From assembly GCA_030603385.1 (NCBI GenBank), contig JAUVXW010000035.1:1-49574 (forward strand): DNA of 49,574 bases. Reading direction: 5' to 3'. This DNA comes from Promethearchaeota archaeon. GTDB lineage: Archaea > Asgardarchaeota > Lokiarchaeia > Sigyniarchaeales > SOKP01. The notes below the pieces were generated by a model, which was not told the DNA's origin, did not search any database, and saw only the letters and a list, made by a program, of their open reading frames with translations. This document shows, piece after piece, positions 9,331-19,544 of this stretch. The number at the start of each line of letters is the position of its first letter. Position 1 is the first letter of the stretch. The position numbers were made by a program, and so were the translations under genes.

Positions 9331-10305
9331 ATGTTAAATTATGAAAAACTTGAAGATGGGATATTTCTAGTTAGATCAAATTCTAAATTTGGAGAGCAAT
9401 GCAATGGGATTTTAATTAAAAATATAGAAAATTCAGGGAATATCTTAATTGATTGTAACTTCAATAGTAATGAAATTCAAGAATTATACAAAAGTTTGAA
9501 CAATAAACTAACCGCTTATTATGCCTCCCATACACACTTAGATCATGTGAGTAATATCCATTATTATGAAACTCTCGGAGTAAAAATCTATTGCCCTATT
9601 CCAGAGGATAGATATCTAAAAGATATGAATACTTTCATGGAAGAAAATGGGATGGTAGATTGTGGAGTTGATGATATCTTTAGGAATATTATTCTTCAAA
9701 CATTGAATTTCAAACATTTAACCCGCTGTACTGCATTTAAGCCTGGTACAAAATTTAATTATGGCAAAATCATTCTGGAAACAATTCATATACCTGGACA
9801 TTCACCTGGTCACACAGCATATTTGATTAGAGACAAAACGTGTGTGAGAAGAGATATTCTATTTGTTTCTGATTTAGGTATAGAAAGATCGGGCCCTTGG
9901 TATGGATTAAAACATTGTAATTTGAAAGCCTATAGAAATTCCATTAAAAAAATCGAAGATATATATTTATACGGCAGTTCTGATGATAAAATCCTTGCAA
10001 GTGGACATGGTAAATCTTACCTTATAAAACAACCAGAAATTTTCAGAAATACTCTTAAGAAAATTGAGATTAATGAGGGTAAAGTCTTAAGCATGTTTCA
10101 TGCAGATAAGCCTAAAAACTTAAATGATATAACCCTTAAAGGAGTGTACTACACGGAAAAACATATTAGAAACCTATTTACGGATTTTAAGAAGATTCAT
10201 TTTTTTTGGGAATGGTATATTATATTACATCATATAAATGAGCTTATAGAAAAGAATAAATTAATAGAAGTTGACTCGGAACAAAAAAGTTTTATGCTGA
10301 AATAA
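9331..10305 (+). CDS. MBL-fold metallo-hydrolase
   Basis: HTHLDH, PGHSPGH, SD and SGHG motifs. Confidence 0.88.
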   Translation: MLNYEKLEDGIFLVRSNSKFGEQCNGILIKNIENSGNILIDCNFNSNEIQELYKSLNNKLTAYYASHTHLDHVSNIHYYETLGVKIYCPIPEDRYLKDMNTFMEENGMVDCGVDDIFRNIILQTLNFKHLTRCTAFKPGTKFNYGKIILETIHIPGHSPGHTAYLIRDKTCVRRDILFVSDLGIERSGPWYGLKHCNLKAYRNSIKKIEDIYLYGSSDDKILASGHGKSYLIKQPEIFRNTLKKIEINEGKVLSMFHADKPKNLNDITLKGVYYTEKHIRNLFTDFKKIHFFWEWYIILHHINELIEKNKLIEVDSEQKSFMLK

Positions 10306-10307
10306 TG

Positions 10308-11168
10308 TTAAATTTTTGCTAATATCTGTTCACGGTTTTCATATATGCATAAATGAGATAAGCCCCATTTTTTTGCTTTTTCTATAAATTCCTCAAAGGA
10401 ATAACCAATATTTTTTGGTCTATGAGCATCTGAACCTAGTAGTAAAGGGATATCTCGTTTAATTATTTCTATCACAATTTCATCAGCGGGAAATTGACTA
10501 CCGATTCCTTTAAGAGTTCCTGATGTATTAATCTCAATAGCCATTCCCTTATTTTTAATCTTATCTAATAAATCTAGGAGTTTTTGCCATGTATTTTCAG
10601 AATAATGGGGCTTATTTGGGCGCATTAAAATACGATTATTATCAAAGTGGGCAATCACATCAAAAAAATTAGTCTCTACCAGTTTTATTAATTTATTTAT
10701 ATACTCTAAATTAATCTTTTCAATACCATATTTTTTCAGAGCTTCAGAACCCTCACGTGGATCCATTATAATTACAGGAGAATCATGCCATTTTATGTCA
10801 TGGATTGCCCCAAGTAAATAATCAAAATCATCCATAAATGGTTCAAGGATCTTCTTTTGACGAGTTAAAGCTCTTCCTGGAGTGGCAAAATTAACTTCAG
10901 TAGATATTCGTACAGAGATTTTATCTCTATATTTTTCTTTCACACGTTTTATATCTTCAATATAATTAGGAAATTCTTTAACATCCATAGAGGCTTTTTT
11001 AATTATTTTTTGAAACTGTGGATCATCTATAATCGCACCTAGTGGAAAGTGATCTGTAATCCCAATTTCCTTAAAATTCTTTTCTATAGCAACTTTTACA
11101 TAATCTTCAATTTCACCCATAGCATGCCCACAACGTCGATTATGACTATGGTAGTCCATTAGTTTCAT
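10308..11168 (-). CDS. hisJ: PHP-family histidinol-phosphatase (HisJ-like)
   Basis: DYHSH...CGHA, TDH, AHFD, EINTSG, GSDAH. Start reassigned to ATG 11168 because the ORF-track extension is non-homologous AT-rich sequence. Confidence 0.8.
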   Translation of the reverse strand: MKLMDYHSHNRRCGHAMGEIEDYVKVAIEKNFKEIGITDHFPLGAIIDDPQFQKIIKKASMDVKEFPNYIEDIKRVKEKYRDKISVRISTEVNFATPGRALTRQKKILEPFMDDFDYLLGAIHDIKWHDSPVIIMDPREGSEALKKYGIEKINLEYINKLIKLVETNFFDVIAHFDNNRILMRPNKPHYSENTWQKLLDLLDKIKNKGMAIEINTSGTLKGIGSQFPADEIVIEIIKRDIPLLLGSDAHRPKNIGYSFEEFIEKAKKWGLSHLCIYENREQILAKI

Positions 11169-11274
11169 TATTTTAAACTGTTCTAAAAAGTTGTATTTAT
11201 ACTCTTGAATATTATATATCTGAAAAAATTTTCCTATTATATTATAAAAATGATATAAAACCTTAAGGGTTATT

Positions 11275-11345
11275 TGAGTCTTGTATGCAAATTTCTTCAT
11301 ATATGGATGAGTCATTTTCTTAGAAATATTTATATACAAGACTCA
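11275..11345. repeat. long hairpin with perfect 12-bp terminal inverted repeat
   Basis: TGAGTCTTGTAT (11275-11286) pairs with ATACAAGACTCA (11334-11345); pairing continues inward with bulges. Confidence 0.7.
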
Positions 11346-11391
11346 CATTAAGTAATTTACCATTTTTTAGAAAAAAATCAAAATTCAATGG

Positions 11392-12480
11392 ATGCAGACT
11401 ATGAAATCGTCTAAAAAGGTTATTATAATTGGTATTTTTAGCGTACTAATTTTCTCTACCTTTTTGATACCAAACGTAAGTGCTCAGGAATGGACTTATA
11501 TCGGAATAGATACAGAAAGAATACAAGAGTTTTCAGTTTATCCTTCTGAATGGTATATTTACAACAATACTCATTATGGGACTGTGTATAACCATTCTAT
11601 TTATGAAGTAGTTAAAGCAAATATAACTGATTCATTTATGGGGATGCCTAACTATCCTCCATTCTATGGAAATTTTACTAATGGCACTTGTATATATGTG
11701 AATCTTTATTATTGGAACACTACTTCAGATGAGAGATGGTGTTATGAAAAAGAGTGGCAGGCTTTTTATTGGAATGGTACAGCATATTTAGGGATTGGGA
11801 CATTTATCCCGATAAATGAGGATACTGGAGAGGTAAGCGGAGATATTCTGAGCAATTACTCCTACTTTATAGGTTTAACGTTTTCACAAGTCAATGTGAC
11901 CTTTGAGAATAGTGCCATCTATCCTAATAGCTTTTCTGTTCAGTTATGGAATACTACATATAATAATGCCTATATTCGAGTAAATTTTACAGAACGGGGA
12001 ATTCTTAATAAAATGGAAGGAAACTTGATCTTTAATATGTTTAATATGACATTATATTCAAAACCAGCACAGCTCCCTCCAGATTTCAGCTTTACTACAG
12101 AAACAGGAATATTAACTATTGATACAAAAGATTTTAAGTTAAATGTTACAATAAATAATGCTGATAATAACAATAATGGTATAATTGACACGGATTATTT
12201 ATATCGAGTTTTTAATGGGACAGGATGGACAACCTGGGCACCGATACCAAACCTTATAGATTTTGATCTGGGTTCGGATGCGATTGAAGCGGGCTATGGG
12301 ATTACTATTGAAGTAAAAAATATGTACGGAGTCACACAAGAGCAAATATTGGTCTATTATAACCTTCCTGATGAAACTTCTGAAACTATAAGTGGATATC
12401 TAATCTTTCTAGTTTCCATAATTGCTATGCTGGGTGTCTCAGTCATAATTTATAAGTATCATAAGAAATTAAAACTTTAA
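11392..12480 (+). CDS. secreted surface (glyco)protein with Loki-CTERM-like anchor
   Basis: Signal peptide ending VSA/QEW, many N-x-S/T sequons, C-terminal ISGY + transmembrane helix + basic tail. Confidence 0.75.
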   Translation: MQTMKSSKKVIIIGIFSVLIFSTFLIPNVSAQEWTYIGIDTERIQEFSVYPSEWYIYNNTHYGTVYNHSIYEVVKANITDSFMGMPNYPPFYGNFTNGTCIYVNLYYWNTTSDERWCYEKEWQAFYWNGTAYLGIGTFIPINEDTGEVSGDILSNYSYFIGLTFSQVNVTFENSAIYPNSFSVQLWNTTYNNAYIRVNFTERGILNKMEGNLIFNMFNMTLYSKPAQLPPDFSFTTETGILTIDTKDFKLNVTINNADNNNNGIIDTDYLYRVFNGTGWTTWAPIPNLIDFDLGSDAIEAGYGITIEVKNMYGVTQEQILVYYNLPDETSETISGYLIFLVSIIAMLGVSVIIYKYHKKLKL

Positions 12481-12584
12481 TCCAAGAAATTTTCAAAAAT
12501 CAAATTTTACTTTTTTTATTACATAATAAGGATATATTAGTGTGAGAATTGATTTTTTAATTTAATAACTATTTAACTCTTTCC

Positions 12585-13949
12585 TCAACTCATAATTTCA
12601 GAAAGCTTTCTACCGCCTAATAGTTTATTTAGTCTAAAGCCAATTTCATCAAATAATACGGACAAATGAGTTGTAGGGAATCTCCCGGAGGATAGATTTG
12701 ATAAGCCTTTTCCACCTTCTTTAGTATTAACTCTTCTCGGTTTAATCCATTTAAATATATGCTTCATGAAGGAATCTGCCATTTTTTCAGATGCTTCAAT
12801 AATCCATTCTGCCGTTGGTGGACGAAAACCCTCATAGGCAGAACCAGGGGTTGAGTGGAAAACAAGGGGGAGGGGTAATATTCCTTTTGAGATTCTTTCA
12901 TCAAAACCTTCAACTAAGGTTGTCATAGGTTCAATACCCATAACAACACACCCAATTGTGCCAGAAACTGGTCCGAACACTTCAACGGAGTATTCTTGTG
13001 CTTTTTTATAGTACGAAAGAGGTTTATGTGCTGCCTTTCCAGGGCATATAGCTGCAAAATATGCGTCATCCATTACTTCTAAATCAAAGCTAGTTGTAGT
13101 GATGCCCATTTCTTTCCATTTATACATGTCTGAGAAGTCTTCAGGTGGGCAATGGTTATATACTTTAGGGAGCTTTCTAAATATCTCATCTCCGACAGCG
13201 TCTTTAAGTGAGGATAATACAATCTCAAGACGCTCAAGATACTCACCTCTCTGAGCTGGTGCTAATGCACCTCCACTTATAGCGATACTTCCACGCCAAC
13301 CATTATCAATAGCTATTTTGACGGCTTCACCTTGATATTTAGCCCATACTCTCAGTGTTTCCTTTGGTAGCATGGAGATTTTCTTTGATATAGGATTAGA
13401 AAAGAGATTACAATAACGGCACCCACGATTTGTATTATAATTCATACAAGAGAGACTGAAAACGACATTGATGATTGAGGCTGACATTGAGGGTAAAACG
13501 GTAGATATAGGTAATCCATTTGATAATTTTTCATCTAACCATTCAAATCTCTTTGAAAATGTGCCAGTAACTAGAATATCGCCGTCTTCAAATACGCTTG
13601 CATTATTGTCTTGAATATGGAGTTCCATACGCGAATGTTTATTTAAGTATATAGGTGCACGAAGTCCACTTCCATTAAAAATAATTTCTTGTCGGAAATC
13701 ACTACTCGTATCAGTTTTATTTACTTCAGCAAATAATTCAATGATACTTTCAGGATTATTGAAATCAAGTTTCTCAGGAATTTTCAGTTCATCTACTTTA
13801 TTCTCTCCCATAGCAGCTTTATAGAGTTCGGGTGATGCTTCTTTCGAAACCTGCGCACGTACTCCCTCAGAGATCATCCTTGCTTTAATAAAGATATCTT
13901 CTTTTGTTATTATTTTTTTCTCAACTGTTTCAGTTACCATTCTTATCAA
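12585..13949 (-). CDS. radical SAM protein with CX8CX2C motif
   Basis: CMNYNTNRGCRYC, ISGG, SFDLEV...ICPGK. Confidence 0.8.
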   Translation of the reverse strand: MIRMVTETVEKKIITKEDIFIKARMISEGVRAQVSKEASPELYKAAMGENKVDELKIPEKLDFNNPESIIELFAEVNKTDTSSDFRQEIIFNGSGLRAPIYLNKHSRMELHIQDNNASVFEDGDILVTGTFSKRFEWLDEKLSNGLPISTVLPSMSASIINVVFSLSCMNYNTNRGCRYCNLFSNPISKKISMLPKETLRVWAKYQGEAVKIAIDNGWRGSIAISGGALAPAQRGEYLERLEIVLSSLKDAVGDEIFRKLPKVYNHCPPEDFSDMYKWKEMGITTTSFDLEVMDDAYFAAICPGKAAHKPLSYYKKAQEYSVEVFGPVSGTIGCVVMGIEPMTTLVEGFDERISKGILPLPLVFHSTPGSAYEGFRPPTAEWIIEASEKMADSFMKHIFKWIKPRRVNTKEGGKGLSNLSSGRFPTTHLSVLFDEIGFRLNKLLGGRKLSEIMS

Positions 13950-14181
13950 TTAATCCATTAGTTAGTTCTATATATATCCTTTTTACATTAAAGGATTTAT
14001 TAAATTTTATCCATAATAATAAGCAAAACAAATTAAGTTACGGATAATCTGGGTTAGACCATGACTCCATTTATCCCCTTTAGACCATAAATCAATTATT
14101 CTAGAAATATAGAATCTATAATTTTTTAACAAATTATTTTTTTAGGTTATTAAAAGAAAGATTAAATATCTATTCTTTTTT

Positions 14182-17100
14182 GTGATGCCTATGAGAAAAT
14201 CTGGAAAAAAAGTGCTTTTTCTAATGTTGGTTTTTGCTGTTTTTGCTATTCAAGTTCCTGTATCATTAGGGTTGAGTGTTAATGATAATTATAATACTAC
14301 CCCAAGCCAAGGAGATGCGATTAATACGGATTATTTAAGTTCTAATCTTTCCGATAATTTACAATCAAGCGATACAGTTTCAGGTTCAACTTTGGATAAT
14401 GAAATGTCAATTTTTGATGACAATCTTAGACATTTCCTAACTAATCTGCCAACAAAGCCCCAGAAGGATGTTAAAATTATTGTTTTCTTTGAGGAGGATG
14501 TATATCCAGTATTAAGAGAAGAGATTTTAAATTCAGTATTCAATGATTTCACGATTATTACTCATTATGACATTATTTCAGGAACATATATCAAATTAAA
14601 TCCAATGGAGTTATTATTAAAGGAAATGAATTTAGAGGAAATTAAAGATATAAAAAGAATTTATAAATCAGAGATATTTGAAAATCCTTATATTATAGAT
14701 AATACCATTCAATTAAGCGCTTTAAATGATGACAATTATCTAAATTGGTGGTTGTCTGCAATAGGCGCAGAAAGATTAGCTTATAATGGATCAGGAGTGA
14801 GAGTTGCTGTAATCGATACAGGAATTTATGAACATCCAGCATTAAATATTGTAGCTAATCGAAATTTTGTTTCTGATGAATATTCATCAAATTATAACGA
14901 TGATGTGGGGCATGGTACTCATGTTGCTGGAATTATTGGTGGTGACGGAACTGGTTCTGATGGCAAATATCGTGGTGTCGCTCCCGGAGTTTCCTTAATC
15001 AATGCTAGAGCAGGAAATGCCAGTGGTTTGGGAGAAGGTGATATTATTGACGCAATCGATTGGAGTTCTAAGCCAATTGGATTAGGAGGGGCTGATGCTG
15101 ACATCATATCAATGAGTTTCGGGGGAGGATATCCATATATTTCTGATTTAATAACTAAAGCGATAACAAATGCTCAAGACGCTTATGGTGTTATTTTCGT
15201 AGCGTCCGCAGGGAACGATGGTCCAGATTATTTCACAGGTTCAACACCTGCTTCGGGTATAGACGTAATTTCCATAGGAGCAACAGTTCAAAATGGTGAA
15301 CTTGCATCTTTCAGTAGTTGGGGTCCGACATTTGGATATTTAGGGTATCCTGATGTTGTAGCTCCAGGAGTCAATATTATTTCAACAGATGCAAAAGGTT
15401 CAATAATTTCAAAAGAAGAACGCTATATTGGTAACTATTTTGATTATTCTGGTGATGCTGATTATATACCGTTAAGTGGAACGAGTATGTCTGCTCCTAT
15501 GGTATCTGGTGCTCTAGCGATATTAAAAGATGCCTATCCCAATCTAACACCAGGAACTGCAAGAATTGCTCTATTAGAAGGAGCAAGGAAACTTTCTAAC
15601 GAAGCTGATGACGATAATCTCAAATCAGGTGCTGGGTTAATAAATGTATCGGCATCATTAGATTATCTGAATAGTATTTCTCCAGACTATAATGATACCG
15701 CTAAGATTTTTCCAGATAATCTACCTGTAAAACCATATGATTTATTACGTTTTCCGGGAGACCATCAAAAATTCAATTTAACCGTATTATCTGGTAAAGA
15801 TAATAATTTTAGTATAGAAGTACCAAACAGCATTCAAGGTGTTTCGATTACTTTAGATAAGTACGCTATTAATTTTACAAGCGCTGGAATAGATTTTATA
15901 GAATTAGATATTAAAATTAATAACGATGCTACCCCTGGAATTAGGGATATAGAGTTTAACTTAACCTCTGGAGGGCAGGTTTATGATGTGGTTAATTTAT
16001 ATTTAGACATTAGATTACCAGAGTATAGTATATTGATGGAATCTTATCACGGTTTAAATGATTGGTTTCCAGAATTCTCTTTTAATCAAATGGGTTTTTA
16101 TGAAGCTATGAGTGATATCTCCGATATAAATATATCAATTGATTATGGAATGGAATATTGGACTCCAGATTATAATATAGATACAGATAATTCGATATTA
16201 ACAGAGGAAAGGCTAGCACAATATGATCTTGTAATACTTCAAACACCTATATTACCTTATAGCCCCTCTGAGATTTCAAATTTAAAGAACTATTTTGATA
16301 AAGGAGGGAATCTTCTATTTTTAGGGACTCGTTATCAAGACATGGTGATTGAAAATATTAATGATCTTTTCTCAGCATTAGAAGTAGATATCCAGATTAA
16401 TGAAGAAAATGTAATGAATGTTAACTGGTATGGAATACCAGTTTTCGGTGCAAGCGTGAGTTCTCAAAGTGTTCAAGATTTTAATGATCCAATAATTTTT
16501 AATGATGTCAGTAAATTTCTTTGGATGTATGGCAACAGTTTTACTGTATCAAATAATGGAGAATCAATTGCAAGTATAGATGGTAAAACAGTTGCAGTTA
16601 TATATAACGGAAGCTCCTATGGCAAAGGTCAGTTTCTAGCTTTTGGAGATTTGCATTGGATATTTGATGAATATCAATCGTCATCTTATTCACAAGATCA
16701 CATTAATTTATTGAAGAACATCTTAGATTTTCTCCTACCTCTAGATGAAGCTTCGATTAATATCAACATAGGTGTTGAATACACATCAAATCCCCAGATT
16801 GATCTCTCAATATATCTAAAGAATCAAACTACAGAATCTCCAATCACTAGTACTGATTACGATTCATTAGAGATCACCATAAAAAATGAATCCTTTACGA
16901 AATTAATTGGTTTAAATATGACTTATAATAGTAGTGGTATATACTTGAATAATACTTATAATCTTCCAGCACCAAATTATAATCCTTATTCAGTTATTGT
17001 CAATCTAACTATTGGATCAATAACTTATAGTAGATCGACTGAGATCCTTTATTTTGATGATTCGAAAGTCCCAATTATCAGTAGTTTATCGACTAGCGAT

Positions 17101-18186
17101 ACAAGTATTACGAGAGCAATAAGTGAATCTAATACTTTAATTGCTGAACTCGATAATTCTACATATGGGGATATCGATGGGTTTTTATCTATCTATTCTT
17201 ACTCATTCTTTAATTCAAAAAAGTCAGTTAATAAAACATTAACATTCAATCATTTTACCTCTAATAATTATAGAAACACATTTGACCCTGAAACAAGTGA
17301 TCCTTCTGGTTATGCTATTTTTTATATTACACCTTCAAATGAAAATTATACTAACCCAAATTCACCAAGATTTATATTTCAAATCAAAAATAATCCTCCA
17401 GAAATATTGAAAACATCTTCGAGTTTGAATATTGACGGTAGTTCGGAAATTTTCTTTGATGAGATAGAAACGGATGATGGATCTATAGTGTATAAAGCTT
17501 ATCAAGGAAGTACTTTTGATTTCATAATAGATATTAGAGACTCAGTTAATTACGAAGATGACAATTCCAACATGAATGTTTTTATAAACTTAATAATGGT
17601 TTCTGTAACTGATGATAATTATATTATATTCATTTTTCCTGCTTCAATTGTAGTTGAGGAATTATCTTATGAAGTACTTTCTGATAAATACGAGGGTTCT
17701 TTTATAATTCCAAACTCAATGAACTATAATTCAATTGCCGGAACTAAATCAGTGTCTACAGCAGCCGATTTTGACTTTTCAACCAATGATGGGTATTTGG
17801 GTGTTTTATACATTACTGTTTATGATAGCGAAGGAGGATTCGATGAATTTATTATTATTTTAGTTATATCTGAAAGGCCTATGGATTATTCTATGATAAT
17901 TCTTATAGTAGTCGGAGTGATTGCCCTTATAGGAGTAGCTAGTATGTCAATTTATTTTGCAAGAAGGAAAAGATTTACAAGATATACTAAATATGAACCT
18001 AAATATCAGGATTACTATTCCCAATCCTCATATGAAAGACAAGAAGATGCGTATATTACACCTGAACCAATAACCCAATTAGGACCATCAATATATTGTC
18101 CTTTCTGTGGAGATTTTATTAAAACACCTAAAAAATTCTGTCCCCGCTGTGGAGAATCTCTTGCTTTTAATCAACTAGATGAGTAG
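14182..18186 (+). CDS. membrane-anchored S8 subtilase, Site-1-protease-like architecture, cytoplasmic zinc ribbon
   Basis: Triad VAVIDTG / HGTHVAG / GTSMSAP, oxyanion SAGNDG, signal and prodomain, DUF4350/GldG-like domain, C-terminal TM, CPFC...CPRC. Confidence 0.9.
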   Translation: MMPMRKSGKKVLFLMLVFAVFAIQVPVSLGLSVNDNYNTTPSQGDAINTDYLSSNLSDNLQSSDTVSGSTLDNEMSIFDDNLRHFLTNLPTKPQKDVKIIVFFEEDVYPVLREEILNSVFNDFTIITHYDIISGTYIKLNPMELLLKEMNLEEIKDIKRIYKSEIFENPYIIDNTIQLSALNDDNYLNWWLSAIGAERLAYNGSGVRVAVIDTGIYEHPALNIVANRNFVSDEYSSNYNDDVGHGTHVAGIIGGDGTGSDGKYRGVAPGVSLINARAGNASGLGEGDIIDAIDWSSKPIGLGGADADIISMSFGGGYPYISDLITKAITNAQDAYGVIFVASAGNDGPDYFTGSTPASGIDVISIGATVQNGELASFSSWGPTFGYLGYPDVVAPGVNIISTDAKGSIISKEERYIGNYFDYSGDADYIPLSGTSMSAPMVSGALAILKDAYPNLTPGTARIALLEGARKLSNEADDDNLKSGAGLINVSASLDYLNSISPDYNDTAKIFPDNLPVKPYDLLRFPGDHQKFNLTVLSGKDNNFSIEVPNSIQGVSITLDKYAINFTSAGIDFIELDIKINNDATPGIRDIEFNLTSGGQVYDVVNLYLDIRLPEYSILMESYHGLNDWFPEFSFNQMGFYEAMSDISDINISIDYGMEYWTPDYNIDTDNSILTEERLAQYDLVILQTPILPYSPSEISNLKNYFDKGGNLLFLGTRYQDMVIENINDLFSALEVDIQINEENVMNVNWYGIPVFGASVSSQSVQDFNDPIIFNDVSKFLWMYGNSFTVSNNGESIASIDGKTVAVIYNGSSYGKGQFLAFGDLHWIFDEYQSSSYSQDHINLLKNILDFLLPLDEASININIGVEYTSNPQIDLSIYLKNQTTESPITSTDYDSLEITIKNESFTKLIGLNMTYNSSGIYLNNTYNLPAPNYNPYSVIVNLTIGSITYSRSTEILYFDDSKVPIISSLSTSDTSITRAISESNTLIAELDNSTYGDIDGFLSIYSYSFFNSKKSVNKTLTFNHFTSNNYRNTFDPETSDPSGYAIFYITPSNENYTNPNSPRFIFQIKNNPPEILKTSSSLNIDGSSEIFFDEIETDDGSIVYKAYQGSTFDFIIDIRDSVNYEDDNSNMNVFINLIMVSVTDDNYIIFIFPASIVVEELSYEVLSDKYEGSFIIPNSMNYNSIAGTKSVSTAADFDFSTNDGYLGVLYITVYDSEGGFDEFIIILVISERPMDYSMIILIVVGVIALIGVASMSIYFARRKRFTRYTKYEPKYQDYYSQSSYERQEDAYITPEPITQLGPSIYCPFCGDFIKTPKKFCPRCGESLAFNQLDE

Positions 18187-18210
18187 AAGATTTTCTTAAC
18201 AATTAATAAC

Positions 18211-18936
18211 TTATTTTTTTTTTTTAAGAGTTAATACATTTCCATCTTCTAAGCCAATATAAGCTTTCGAAGTCATATGAATAAATAATCCTGTATCAAC
18301 AACCCCTGCAATTTTTAAAAAATCCATATTCAGTTCTCCCGGATTACTAATTTCACCAAAATCCACATCTATAATAAAATTTCCGTTATCTGTTATTAGT
18401 GGTCCACTTTTAGATTTCGCCATTCGTAGGGATGGTTTTCCCCCTAACTTCTCCAATTTGTTCATTATTGGTAAATATGACATGGGAATCACTTCAATAG
18501 GAATCCCTTTTTTCCATTTCATTCCTAATGTTTCTGAATTTTTTCTAAAGTCTGCTATAATTATCAATTCTTTTGAATTTGAGGCAAGTATTTTCTCTTG
18601 GACCAAACAACCTCCCCCGCCTTTTATTAAATTAAGATTTTTATCAATCTCATCCGCACCATCAATATCTATATCAATTTCTGGAAATTGCTCTAAAGAA
18701 ACTAATTCTAATCCATTTTGTATTATTAACTGATAAGCTTGAAATGAACTAGGTATACACTTTAAATTTATAGATTTTTCTTTATTTATTTCACCCAATC
18801 TTTGTACGGCATAAACCACTGTTGAACCGCTACCAATTCCAATGATCATATTATTTTTAACGTTTTCATCTACAGCTTTTATAGCAGCATTCTTTTTTCC
18901 AATTTCTATCAAATTTTCAGTCATGGCTAGTATCAA
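18211..18936 (-). CDS. rpiA: ribose-5-phosphate isomerase A
   Basis: GIGSGST, DGADEID, KGGGG, TDNGN. Confidence 0.97.
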   Translation of the reverse strand: MILAMTENLIEIGKKNAAIKAVDENVKNNMIIGIGSGSTVVYAVQRLGEINKEKSINLKCIPSSFQAYQLIIQNGLELVSLEQFPEIDIDIDGADEIDKNLNLIKGGGGCLVQEKILASNSKELIIIADFRKNSETLGMKWKKGIPIEVIPMSYLPIMNKLEKLGGKPSLRMAKSKSGPLITDNGNFIIDVDFGEISNPGELNMDFLKIAGVVDTGLFIHMTSKAYIGLEDGNVLTLKKKK

Positions 18937-18941
18937 TATTT

Positions 18942-19364
18942 CTAGTTTTTTAATAAATTTAGTATTCTAATAGCTAGGTGAGCGGCATTATCACCTCTAT
19001 CAATACCTACACACGCAACAGGAACTCCGGGAGGCATTTGTACTATAGACAATAATGCATCTAATCCTCCTAATTTTGCACTAACGGGTACACCAATTAC
19101 GGGTTTATTTGTTTTTGATGCTATTACTCCTGGTAATGCCGCGGAGAGTCCAGCAACAGCAATATAAACTAAGGATTCCGATGATTTTAAATATTGATCT
19201 AATTTATCGGGGTTTCTATGTGCTGAGATTATTTGAAGATCATATTTTATGCTATTATCTTTAAGTATCTTCTCTGCTTTCTCATAGGCTTCTTTATCTG
19301 AAGTACTACCAGCTATTATCGAAACTAAAGGATTTTCACTTTTATCTAAATTTGTTTTAGACAT
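18942..19364 (-). CDS. purE: N5-CAIR mutase / AIR carboxylase PurE
   Basis: [30 protein letters not shown]. Confidence 0.95.
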   Translation of the reverse strand: MSKTNLDKSENPLVSIIAGSTSDKEAYEKAEKILKDNSIKYDLQIISAHRNPDKLDQYLKSSESLVYIAVAGLSAALPGVIASKTNKPVIGVPVSAKLGGLDALLSIVQMPPGVPVACVGIDRGDNAAHLAIRILNLLKN

Positions 19365-19544
19365 ATTGTATCTAAAAATTTTTTAAATAAAAATACTGCT
19401 AATAATCTCTTATTATTTTTAGATGGATACCATAAAATAGACATCAACAAAAAGTTTAATACTTTTTTTGTACTTCCTAGTTTAGAAATTTTTAAATATT
19501 AATCAAAAAACTATTCATTAAAAAATTTATTAAGAGGGAAAATA

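Noticed and set aside
11169-11339. 57-aa N-terminal extension of the PHP phosphatase
   Set aside because: Non-homologous AT-rich intergenic sequence that overlaps the hairpin and promoter region; the family begins at MKLMDYHSH.
14042-14088. Small hairpin and TTAGACCAT direct repeat between divergent genes
   Set aside because: Short and imperfect; not distinguishable from chance without comparative data.
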